Source of the DNA: Bacteroidota bacterium
GTDB lineage: Bacteria; Bacteroidota; Ignavibacteria; UBA10030
Reading direction: 5' to 3'
DNA length: 41,629 bases
NCBI GenBank assembly: GCA_050008835.1
Contig: JBEKLV010000002.1
Coordinates: 1-41,629, forward strand
The translations under genes were made by a program, and so were the position numbers. This document shows positions 27,262 through 36,137 of the stretch, one piece after another (within the stretch, counting starts at the first letter, position 1; each line of letters opens with the position of its first letter). The notes beneath the pieces were generated by a model, which ran no database searches, was not told the DNA's origin, and worked only from the letters and a program-made list of their open reading frames with translations.

Positions 27262-28536
27262 ATGATGAATAAAACATTCGGGGGTTTTGTTATCTGTTTG
27301 GCGGGCCTCTTAATGGTTGTAGGCATATCTGGTTGTAAAGAAGGCCCCACGGGTCCAGCTGGTAAAGATGCTTCAGTCAGCGCTCTCGAAGGCTATGCCC
27401 CTGGCATTCAATGCGCTACATGTCATAGTGCAGACTCTGATACAACATATCGAGTTGCTGCAAGGGAAGTTCAATATTCAACATCAGAGCATGCTGTAGG
27501 TGGCGATTTTGCCCGTAATACGTATGATTGCGCTGGTTGCCATACGAATGAAGGTTTCTACGACCGTTATAATAGAGGTTTCGCAAATGAAACATTTAAC
27601 ATCAATGCTCCTTCTGTAGAAATTTGTACGCAGGGTTACCCTAATGCAACACCTCCCGGCTGTTTTACCTGTCATGCAGCTCACCAACGTGCCAATTTCA
27701 CGGTACGAGATTCCGGTGCAGTAAATATCTTTACGCTTGTTGCTGGACAGGCAACAAAGATTTGGAACAGCAGTGCAGCATCTAATTTGTGTGTAAAGTG
27801 CCATGAACCGCGAATGACTTCGACATTTATGTGGGCAACTACCTCTTCTAGTGGTACAACACCAGCGTCTTGGCAGCCGGATCCATCAAAAATAAATACG
27901 ACAGATACAGCAAAGATCTATACATCGCGTTGGAATAATCACGTCTCAGGTGAGCCAGCGCAAACTTTACTTGGTACTGGTGGATTTGAATTCACGGGCT
28001 ATTCGAATTATCAAAGCTCATATCATACTACTTTAATTAACAACAAAGCGCTGGGTTGTGAAGATTGCCACATGGCAATTGTGAATGGCGGTAATCAAAA
28101 CGGCGGACATACATTCTGGGTGCGCTATCTTGCATCAGGCTCAACAAGCCCATCTTACAATGTAAACGGCTGTAATGTATCTGGGTGTCATACGGGCCTT
28201 ATAGCTTCAGCGTCCGATGCACACTGGAGCGAGCGTGCAACAATTATTGGAGAGACTGCACAACTGGCTAAAATGTTGATGGATACATCAGTTACAAATA
28301 AATGGTCGCAGAAAAGTAAAATTCCTTGGGTAACAGTATCTGCTGGCACGATTGTAGGCGATTCCACTTACGGAGTCAATGCAACGGGCAGTAAGCCGCT
28401 GATTATTGCCCCAGCTTATAAAGCCGGTGCAATTTGGAATTTGCAGCAGATTCAATATGAAAATAGCCATGGTATTCACAATTATAAATATGTTAAGGCA
28501 CTGTTGGATAATTCGATTGCAGAATTGAGCAAATAA
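27262..28536 (+). CDS. Lipoprotein multiheme cytochrome (5 CXXCH plus 1 CX4CH)
   Basis: Lipobox ISGC followed by GPTGPAGKD. CXXCH motifs: CATCH, CAGCH, CFTCH, CVKCH, CEDCH. CNVSGCH lies at nt 28171-28191. Confidence 0.8.
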   Translation: MMNKTFGGFVICLAGLLMVVGISGCKEGPTGPAGKDASVSALEGYAPGIQCATCHSADSDTTYRVAAREVQYSTSEHAVGGDFARNTYDCAGCHTNEGFYDRYNRGFANETFNINAPSVEICTQGYPNATPPGCFTCHAAHQRANFTVRDSGAVNIFTLVAGQATKIWNSSAASNLCVKCHEPRMTSTFMWATTSSSGTTPASWQPDPSKINTTDTAKIYTSRWNNHVSGEPAQTLLGTGGFEFTGYSNYQSSYHTTLINNKALGCEDCHMAIVNGGNQNGGHTFWVRYLASGSTSPSYNVNGCNVSGCHTGLIASASDAHWSERATIIGETAQLAKMLMDTSVTNKWSQKSKIPWVTVSAGTIVGDSTYGVNATGSKPLIIAPAYKAGAIWNLQQIQYENSHGIHNYKYVKALLDNSIAELSK

Positions 28537-28574
28537 GGTCTGAAGAGAAGCTTCAGATGTCAAGTATTTTATGT

Positions 28575-28608
28575 GTGCGGGAGTGTAGGTTTCCCGCACT
28601 TTTGTTTT
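28575..28608 (+). terminator. Intrinsic terminator after the cytochrome genes
   Basis: gtgcggga (28575-28582) pairs with tcccgcac (28592-28599), followed by ttttgtttt. Confidence 0.7.
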
Positions 28609-28709
28609 CAATCAAATCCCTGCTTCGGTGAAGCCTTGATCTTCAATTCTGTGTTGTATTTCGAGGAGTGATTGTTTATAATCGTATATATTCGATAAAA
28701 GGAATATAT

Positions 28710-30953
28710 ATGATCGGTACTGTTGTCGTCTGGATCGCTTGTCTTGCTGCTTTCACTTCGGCCATACTGTATGCAGTATCTATAAAAAAACCAGAGAATC
28801 TTCTCAAAGCACGCAGCAGTTTTATCCTGACAGTTGTCAGTGTCATTTTAGGTTCTGCGCTTCTCATGATTTACATTTTCCAGCACCGGTTTGAATATAA
28901 CTATGTCACAAATTATAGTTCTCGCGATTTACCAACAGCGCTACTGATCACAACTTTCTGGGCAGGACAGGAAGGAAGTTTTTTACTCTGGGCACTTTTT
29001 GCCGTAATCATCGGTTTTATTCTGCAGCGCTATACACAGCGCAAGGGAATTGAACGTGAAACAATGGCCGTTTATTCATTTTTAATTACATTTCTTTTAT
29101 TGCTCATTTCTATAAAATCGCCTTTTGAATATGTCTGGGATGCAGCCGCAGACAGCGTGCCGAAAGGATTTATCCCGCCGGATGGTAAAGGTCTTAATCC
29201 GCTGCTTCAAAATATTTGGATGATTATACATCCGCCGGTACTTTTTTGGGGATTTGCCTCACTTGCTGTTCCATTTGTAATTGCCCTTGCAGCACTCTGG
29301 CAGAAAAAATATGAAAAGTGGATACATAATGCTTTGCCTTGGGTACTTTTCAGTGCGGTATCACTTGGTGCCGGCCTAATACTCGGCGGTTATTGGGCAT
29401 ACGGTGTACTCGGTTGGGGTGGTTGGTGGGGCTGGGATCCGGTGGAAAATTCATCGCTTATTCCCTGGATGGTTGCTGTTATGTTAATTCATACAATGCT
29501 CATTCAGATGTTAACCGGTAAACTTGCGCGCACAAATTTCATTCTTGCTGTACTCACATATCTCCTGGTTATTTATAGTACGTTCTTAACGCGCAGTGGA
29601 ATTCTTGCAAATGCTTCAGTGCACTCATTTGTGGATCCCGGCACATTTGCATATTCATTGCTTATCGTATGGTTAGGAGCGATTGCCTCTTGCGGATTTG
29701 GAATGACTATTTTGCGATGGAAGGAACTGAAAATCGCAACTCCTCACAGTGCATGGTTCAACCGCGAATCTATGCTCACACTTGCCATAATTGTGATAGG
29801 AGTCTGCGCGGCAGTTATTCTTTTTGGAACTAGCAAACCTCTTTTTTCCACTTCCACAGTTGAGCCATCGTTCTACGATCGTACCAGCCTACCGCTTGCT
29901 GTGTTAATGACGTTACTGCTCGGACTCAGTCTACGTACACAATGGAATAAAGAAGAACTGCCGTTATTTATGAAGAAACTTGTTATTCCTGGCATCTTGT
30001 CCATTGTCGTTCTCGGTATTTTCATTATGATGGGTTTGCACGATATACTTAATGCATTACTCGTGCTAACATCGCTCTTCGCATTCTTTGTTAGTGTCCG
30101 TCAAGGTTACCGGATTGCAAAAGAACAGCCACGCTTTATAGGCGGCGCGCTATCGCATACCGGATTGGCGATACTTTTTCTTGGCATCATCGCATCCGGC
30201 AGATATGGACAAAAACAATCTATCTCGCTTCCATTGAACCAGCCGAAGTCTGCCTTTGGTTATCAGCTGAATTTTACCAGTGCAAAACTTGCGCAGGATG
30301 GGAAGACAAAGTATGTAGTCAGCGTTGAATACAATGGCAAGTTCGCACTTCTCGAACCAATAATGTTCGAAAGCAATTACAACAACAGTCTTATGCGAAT
30401 TCCGGATTACTTAAGTTCGTGGTCTGGCGACTTCTACCTTGAGCCGGTTTCCTTTGAGCAGGGAGAAACAAATCAAGAGAACCTGATTGTTCTGGTGAAA
30501 GATGAACCACAAATTTACGGTCCTATCACCATCACCTTCCAAAGATTTGAGATGGGAACGCATGGTAAGAGCGGCATGATGGGTGCAGAGAATTCTGTTA
30601 CCATTGGCGCAGTGCTTCAAATCAAAACCGAAAAGGATGTTCAGGCAATTGTACCGACAACAACATATAATACACAGGGACATCTTGAGATGAAAACAGC
30701 ATATCTCAAGAATGGACATCTTGGATTTCAACTTGTGGCAATGAACGTGGCATCTGGTACAAAGAAATCACAAGTGCAAATCAATGTCATCGGCGTTGAA
30801 AAGATGATGCACGCAGGAATGCAAAAACCTGAAACTCTTATTGCTGAGATCAGTGTGAAGCCGTTTATGAACTTCGTATGGATTGCTGCCGCGATGATTA
30901 TTAGCGGTTTGACAATAGCTATGCTGCAGCGATTAAAGCAGAATAATATTTAA
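28710..30953 (+). CDS. ccmF: CcmF/NrfE-type cytochrome c heme lyase
   Basis: The Trp-rich WWD motif WAYGVLGWGGWWGWDPVENSSLIPWM matches the CcmF type. The protein is polytopic with many TM helices. The ATG at 28710 has an AAGGA spacer; the GTG at 28668 abuts its putative RBS. Confidence 0.85.
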   Translation: MIGTVVVWIACLAAFTSAILYAVSIKKPENLLKARSSFILTVVSVILGSALLMIYIFQHRFEYNYVTNYSSRDLPTALLITTFWAGQEGSFLLWALFAVIIGFILQRYTQRKGIERETMAVYSFLITFLLLLISIKSPFEYVWDAAADSVPKGFIPPDGKGLNPLLQNIWMIIHPPVLFWGFASLAVPFVIALAALWQKKYEKWIHNALPWVLFSAVSLGAGLILGGYWAYGVLGWGGWWGWDPVENSSLIPWMVAVMLIHTMLIQMLTGKLARTNFILAVLTYLLVIYSTFLTRSGILANASVHSFVDPGTFAYSLLIVWLGAIASCGFGMTILRWKELKIATPHSAWFNRESMLTLAIIVIGVCAAVILFGTSKPLFSTSTVEPSFYDRTSLPLAVLMTLLLGLSLRTQWNKEELPLFMKKLVIPGILSIVVLGIFIMMGLHDILNALLVLTSLFAFFVSVRQGYRIAKEQPRFIGGALSHTGLAILFLGIIASGRYGQKQSISLPLNQPKSAFGYQLNFTSAKLAQDGKTKYVVSVEYNGKFALLEPIMFESNYNNSLMRIPDYLSSWSGDFYLEPVSFEQGETNQENLIVLVKDEPQIYGPITITFQRFEMGTHGKSGMMGAENSVTIGAVLQIKTEKDVQAIVPTTTYNTQGHLEMKTAYLKNGHLGFQLVAMNVASGTKKSQVQINVIGVEKMMHAGMQKPETLIAEISVKPFMNFVWIAAAMIISGLTIAMLQRLKQNNI

Positions 30954-31005
30954 AGATTTTTCAATTATGATTAGATAATTTTGTAGGCTGTCTTTTGAAA
31001 TACAA

Positions 31006-31026
31006 TGGGCGGCTTAAGGCCGCTCA
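31006..31026. terminator. Short GC hairpin between convergent genes
   Basis: tgggcggc (31006-31013) pairs with gccgctca (31019-31026), including one G-U pair. The loop is 5 nt. Confidence 0.4.
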
Positions 31027-31056
31027 CTTTATTATACTCAATTGTTTTCTTCTCTT

Positions 31057-31761
31057 TTACTTTATTTCTTCTTTCCAATACACATAGTTATTGTTTCGAT
31101 TCATCAACGCAATATCTTTTGGAATTATTTTCAATAGCCCATGAATAGCAGATCCTTCTGACGTCAGGTTTACAACAAAATGAACTTTGAAAAACACATT
31201 GGATTCGTTTCCCTTTGCTGATCGTGCTTCGTCTCTTCCAACTTTCCATTCAAAATCAGGATTGAATTTCATAAAAATACTCGATGTCCGATAACCGCCC
31301 CGAATACTATCCGCTAAGTCAATAAACGGATTAGATGGAACAAAACAATCCACGGTTGGTATGCTGTATGGCGCTTCGACAGTCGTCGCACATTTTAAAG
31401 AATATATCTCAGCATCTGCATTGTATGAGACGAGTGTTGCTTTGAACCACAAGCCAAAAACTCTGTGATCTAACTTTGTTTCCTTGAGGTGGGCGTTTAA
31501 TTTGCTTTGAAGGGAATCACGAGAACGCGTCACTCGCGCTTGAAATTCTTGTGTTGTCTCAAACTCGCCTCGTGTTTCTGTTTCATTTTTCAGCTGGGCA
31601 ACAGCATCACGTAAGTAAGCCCACTCATCTTTTAGTAAGATTGTAAATGATTCAGATGGAGTATCTTCATCTTGATATACCGCTTGCTGCACTTGCGCCA
31701 CTAGCATAGCGGTCGTAATAAAACTACACAATGCAACGGAAAGCGCAATGTTCTTTTTCAT
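31057..31761 (-). CDS. Hypothetical secreted protein
   Basis: An internal ATG at 31761 gives MKKNIALSVALCSFITTAMLVAQ, a signal peptide. I recognise no family. Confidence 0.45.
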   Translation of the reverse strand: MKKNIALSVALCSFITTAMLVAQVQQAVYQDEDTPSESFTILLKDEWAYLRDAVAQLKNETETRGEFETTQEFQARVTRSRDSLQSKLNAHLKETKLDHRVFGLWFKATLVSYNADAEIYSLKCATTVEAPYSIPTVDCFVPSNPFIDLADSIRGGYRTSSIFMKFNPDFEWKVGRDEARSAKGNESNVFFKVHFVVNLTSEGSAIHGLLKIIPKDIALMNRNNNYVYWKEEIK

Positions 31762-32359
31762 ATTTAATCCTTTCGAGGAAAACATCAAACAAAGTCTATC
31801 GTGTTGAGAGTATCTCAGAGGAAACATCCTCCGCGATCTCACACGTATTTTTCACATAGTCACTCACTGCAATGCTGCCGCGATAATTTCCAGCCAGCAA
31901 CATGCCTTGGTCGAATTCTTCAAACTGATTAAGCGTAACCATCTTTTACTGGTAATATATTTTATATTGTGCAATGGATTATTGCCAGCGCGTTATATTC
32001 AAATATACGGGTTTTCCTGAAAATTGCATAATAGATTTGAGTCCGTCAAGCGTTATTTGAATAATTTGTGCATCATTCTTTTGCAAGCATTGTAATATTG
32101 ATGCCGCGTTTCTTCAGCCAGTAGATAATACCAAGTCCAATAATGCTTTCGCCGATATAACGATCATATCTATCTTTATTTGTCCTATATTAACTCAAGT
32201 ATAAGGTATAAAGGGAAAAAGAAAAATGAAAAAATAATTAGAGGATATTTTAGTTTTTAAAAAAAGTTGCTTTTTCCTCTGATTACTTCAATTACAATTA
32301 TTCCGTATTATTAAATTATTGGAACGATGTACTGGCGGTTTTTGTTTTAAAATACTGTA

Positions 32360-33292
32360 ATGCCTATAAAACGAAAATATACATTTGGTCCTGTTCCATC
32401 CCGGCGATTAGGATTATCGCTTGGTGTGGATGTTATCCCAAATAAACTATGCTCGCTTGATTGTGTGTACTGCGAAGTCGGCGTGACCGATAAACGCGGC
32501 ATTGCGAGGAAAGAATATTTACCTGCAGATGAAATTCTTGCTGAAGTGAAAGAGGTGATTGCAGAATATCCCAATCTCGACCATATAACAATTTCAGGTT
32601 CCGGCGAACCGACATTGAACTCAAAAATAGGTGACATAATCCGCGGCATCAAGCAAATGACGAAAGTCCCGGTTGCAGTGCTAACTAATGGAACATTGTT
32701 AAACCTGCCCGAAGTGAGGCGCGATTTGATGGATGCAAATATTGTCTCACCATCTCTGGATGCAGTCTCGGCAGACGTATTTGAAAAAGTTGACAGGCCA
32801 AATCCGAAACTCCGCATAGACACTATTCTTGACGGCATCAAAGCGTTCCGTCAAGAATTCCAAGGCAGGATGTGGATCGAAATTCTTTTTGTCAAAGGGA
32901 TGAACGATCACGATGAGGAAGTGTTCAAAATGAAACAGGTGCTTGATGAAATTCAGCCGGATAAAATTCATCTCAATACTGTCATCCGTCCGCCGGCATA
33001 TACAATTGCGCAGCCGGTTGGAGAAAACCGCTTGAAGGAGATTCAAAAGATATTGGGGGAACGCAGTGAAATAGTCGGCATCTTCAAAGAAACACATAAG
33101 ACACAAGAGCATGCTATCGATGAGCAAGCAATTCTCGCACTACTTAAGCGCCGTGCAATGACTGTCGATCAGATGACGGAATCGTTAGCTATGCTGAAAG
33201 AAGAGATTATTATATCGTTGAAACAATTGGATCAAGAAAAATTTATTAGGTCGTATATATATAACGGGGAAGAATACTACAAAGCGGTGTAG
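32360..33292 (+). CDS. Radical SAM enzyme (single 4Fe-4S/SAM cluster)
   Basis: CSLDCVYC (CX3CX2C) lies at nt 32450-32473, preceded by the FGPVPSRRLGLSLGV leader, with ISGSGEPTL downstream. There are no further Cys residues, so there is no SPASM or auxiliary cluster. Confidence 0.8.
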   Translation: MPIKRKYTFGPVPSRRLGLSLGVDVIPNKLCSLDCVYCEVGVTDKRGIARKEYLPADEILAEVKEVIAEYPNLDHITISGSGEPTLNSKIGDIIRGIKQMTKVPVAVLTNGTLLNLPEVRRDLMDANIVSPSLDAVSADVFEKVDRPNPKLRIDTILDGIKAFRQEFQGRMWIEILFVKGMNDHDEEVFKMKQVLDEIQPDKIHLNTVIRPPAYTIAQPVGENRLKEIQKILGERSEIVGIFKETHKTQEHAIDEQAILALLKRRAMTVDQMTESLAMLKEEIIISLKQLDQEKFIRSYIYNGEEYYKAV

Positions 33293-33385
33293 CGGCAGTT
33301 AGTGTTATCTTGCTTTAATGAAAAACGAAATTGCAGGAAGATGAATTACTGTCTCCTTCCTTAAATTAACCAAGGGAGATTTACT

Positions 33386-34099
33386 TTATAAACTTAGGAA
33401 TTGGATTGCAATTCCGCAAAAGAATATTGAGATTCCTGCGAGTGCGTGATTGTAGCGCTCAAAATGTTTCATAGGAAGCAGGCGCAAGCCGGCGACTGAA
33501 CCGAGAACAACACCAACCATTGTGCCAATAGTAATCAAACCGAAGACAAGACTTACGATTACAACATGAAGTATGTGCCCCTGAGCGGCGGGGTACATAA
33601 GAATGGGGATCAATGGTTCACACGGACCAAGAACAAATATAATGAACAATACCCAGGGCGTCATAGTTGGGTTGTTAGATTGCTCATGCATGTGCGCGTG
33701 TTCCTCTGCATGTACATGCGTATGGCTATGTGTGCTACCATCACTGTGAGGATGCCAATGCGTATGCGGTTTAATCAGATATGCTGCACGAAGCCCCCAG
33801 ATTCCATAGATCAATCCGAAAGCGATCAATATCCAACCGGCAATATTTCCACGGATGGCCTCGAGCGATTGTAGATGCGCAACTGCAATTCCAAAACCGA
33901 CTCCAACCAATCCGAGGATAACAGAGCTGCCCACGTGCCCAATACCACAGAAGATGGTGACGAGTGTAGTTTTAAGCGTGGACCATTTGCCCGCTTTGGA
34001 CATAACGATAAATGGCACATAATGATCCGGGCCAAGAAGCGTATGAACGAGCGCAACAGATACGGCGGTTATAATTAGTATGCTAAGTTCTTGATTCAT
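33386..34099 (-). CDS. His-rich-loop polytopic metal transporter (RcnA/NicO-like Ni/Co type)
   Basis: About 6 TM helices. HTLLGPDH lies in TM1 and the central loop is HTHWHPHSDGSTHSHTHVHAEEHAHMHE. The ATG at 34099 is preferred over the TTG at 34180. Confidence 0.5.
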   Translation of the reverse strand: MNQELSILIITAVSVALVHTLLGPDHYVPFIVMSKAGKWSTLKTTLVTIFCGIGHVGSSVILGLVGVGFGIAVAHLQSLEAIRGNIAGWILIAFGLIYGIWGLRAAYLIKPHTHWHPHSDGSTHSHTHVHAEEHAHMHEQSNNPTMTPWVLFIIFVLGPCEPLIPILMYPAAQGHILHVVIVSLVFGLITIGTMVGVVLGSVAGLRLLPMKHFERYNHALAGISIFFCGIAIQFLSL

Positions 34100-34168
34100 T
34101 TTATTATTGAATAAAGATAACAAAAAAACTGAAAAGAAGAATCTGTTTTTTGAATCAATATATAGAAG

Positions 34169-34180
34169 TTGTGCGCACAA
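34169..34180. promoter_or_regulatory. Perfect 12-bp palindrome TTGTGCGCACAA upstream of the metal transporter gene (candidate operator)
   Basis: The palindrome was read directly from the sequence. It lies 70-80 bp upstream of the 34099 start, in the divergent intergenic region. Confidence 0.25.
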
Positions 34181-34283
34181 CTAAAACATGCGCTATGCAG
34201 CATGATGTCCATGCAAATTTATTTAAGCATGTGTGCTCTTGCAAACGGAAAAGAGCTGCAGTATCTTATAAGCGATAGACATC

Positions 34284-35376
34284 ATGATTATAATATTTAA
34301 TGATGAAATGATTTCAAACAAAACTAAAATAAAAGATAGTTTATCAAAGTTGCTTAAGCAAAAAAACCTTGCACAAATCCGCGCAGTAGTTCAGGATGTT
34401 AAAAAGGACGTTGAAAAGTTGTCTATGGATAAAGATGGAGTTCGCAATATATCGTTTAATGAAGAACCCACTAAGGTTAATTCGAAATATTTATTCGGTG
34501 AGCTTGACCAAATTCTTGATACTCGGACCATTGAAAGAACAAAATATTATATCCAAAGATTAGTCCGCGCACTTTCTGAAACAAAAACCGGTAAGATTAA
34601 CGATTTGAATTTACATAGATGGAAAGAATATGATGATATTCTTACGGATAGTCTTTGGATTTTAGAAAAACGCCATACCTCTGGTGTCCATAGCGGAGGT
34701 TATTGGGGCAACTTTATTCCGCAAATTCCAAATCAGCTGTTAAGGCGCTATACAAAAAGGGGCGAATGGGTACTAGATACATTTCTTGGAAGTGGAACCA
34801 CCTTAATAGAAAGCAAACGGTTAGGACGGAATGGTGTTGGAGTAGAGCTTCTACGAAAAGTTGCAGGCTCGGCCGCAAAAACAATCGAACAAGAAGATGA
34901 TCTATACTCGACTCGAACAGAAATTATTATAGGTGACAGTTCAAACTTGAATTTTAAATCCGAACTAAATAAACGGAAAATTAAAAGCGTGCAGTTTTTA
35001 ATTATGCACCCACCTTACTGGGATATTATTAAATTTAGCAAAGATGAAAGAGATTTATCGAATGCTAAATCAATAGATGAATTTTTAATTCTTTTTGGGA
35101 AAATAGTTGATGCTACATATCCAGTTTTAGACAAAGGTCGATATTTCGCATTAGTCATTGGTGATAAATATTCCTGCGGTAATTGGATACCTCTTGGTTT
35201 CTATGCGATGCAAGAAGTTTTTAAAACGTGGATATTCCTTGAAATCTATTATTATAAAAAATTTTGATGAGACAAAAGGAAAAAGAAATCAGAAAGAACT
35301 TTGGCGATATCGTGCTTTAGTAGGCGGTTTTTACATTTTTAAACACGAGTACATATTTTTATTTAGGAAGATATGA
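34284..35376 (+). pseudogene. Frameshifted orphan SAM-dependent DNA methyltransferase (N4/N6 type)
   Basis: Motif I region WVLDTFLGSGTTLIESKRLGRNGVGVEL and motif IV HPPYW lie in frame 0. The conserved C-terminal ...FKHEYIFLFRK is in the +1 frame (ORF 35158-35376). The two frames join if one T is removed from the T5 run at 35218-35222. Confidence 0.65.
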
Positions 35377-35504
35377 TTATCGGTGTATCTAAATAGATCC
35401 TTTTCGTTACAGGCGCAAAATATTTATTAGTAAGAATCTGTTTATTTGCATTAAAATAATGTTATAATTCGATTGATAACTTATTACTACTACAGGAGGG
35501 ATCA

Positions 35505-36068
35505 ATGGTCGCTATTATTATTCTTGCTCTCATAATTATTTTTGTTGTCGCAGCAATTGGTGGTTACAATTCTCTAATTCAAATACGAAATCAAGTGCGC
35601 AATGCCTGGAAACAAATCGATGTACAACTTAAACGCCGGCATGACCTGATTCCCAATCTAGTTAATGCAGTTAAAGGACAGATGGAATTTGAGAAAGGAA
35701 CGCTTGAGGGTGTTATCCAAGCTCGTGCAGCGGCTGTTGGTGCAAGTAATATTGCAGACAGCATGGCGAAAGAAGATGTGTTGTCATCGGCGCTCTCCAA
35801 ACTTTTTGCTGTTGTTGAAAATTATCCAACTTTGAAAGCTAACGAAAGCGTTCAACCGTTGATGGAAGAATTAACAACTACAGAAAACCAAATCACATTT
35901 GCTCGTCAGTTCTATAATGATATCACAACTACATATAACACAAAGTTAGAAATGTTTCCCACGAATCTCGTCGCAGCGTCGATGGGCTTCAAATTATTCC
36001 CGCTATTTCAGGTAAAAGATGCCGGTGAGCGGGAAGCACCGACAGTGGACCTTTCGCTAAAGAAATAA
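35505..36068 (+). CDS. lemA: LemA family protein
   Basis: RBS AGGAGGG and an N-terminal TM helix. YNSLIQIRNQVRNAWKQIDVQLKRRHDLIPNLV and ENYPTLKANE are typical LemA motifs. Confidence 0.85.
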   Translation: MVAIIILALIIIFVVAAIGGYNSLIQIRNQVRNAWKQIDVQLKRRHDLIPNLVNAVKGQMEFEKGTLEGVIQARAAAVGASNIADSMAKEDVLSSALSKLFAVVENYPTLKANESVQPLMEELTTTENQITFARQFYNDITTTYNTKLEMFPTNLVAASMGFKLFPLFQVKDAGEREAPTVDLSLKK

Positions 36069-36137
36069 TCTCTGAAGAAACCTTGCAGGGTATTTTTGAT
36101 CTTTTTAAATACTCTGAAAATGTAACTGAGGCGACCA

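Noticed and set aside
28668-28709. GTG start at 28668 for ccmF
   Set aside because: The GAGGAG directly abuts the GTG with no spacer. The ATG at 28710 has a spaced AAGGA and begins directly with the first TM helix.
32347-32841. 164-aa minus-strand ORF
   Set aside because: It lies entirely antisense to the radical SAM gene, which has clear family motifs. Its product is low-complexity and Ser/Thr/Pro/Phe-rich, as expected for a shadow frame.
34100-34180. TTG start at 34180 for the His-rich transporter
   Set aside because: It would place the perfect palindrome inside the coding sequence and add a non-TM leader. The ATG at 34099 begins directly at TM1.
32360-34180. Radical SAM gene plus neighbours as a RiPP or sactipeptide cluster
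   Set aside because: There is no SPASM or auxiliary Cys cluster, no small precursor-like ORF, and no adjacent protease or ABC exporter. The neighbouring gene is convergent.
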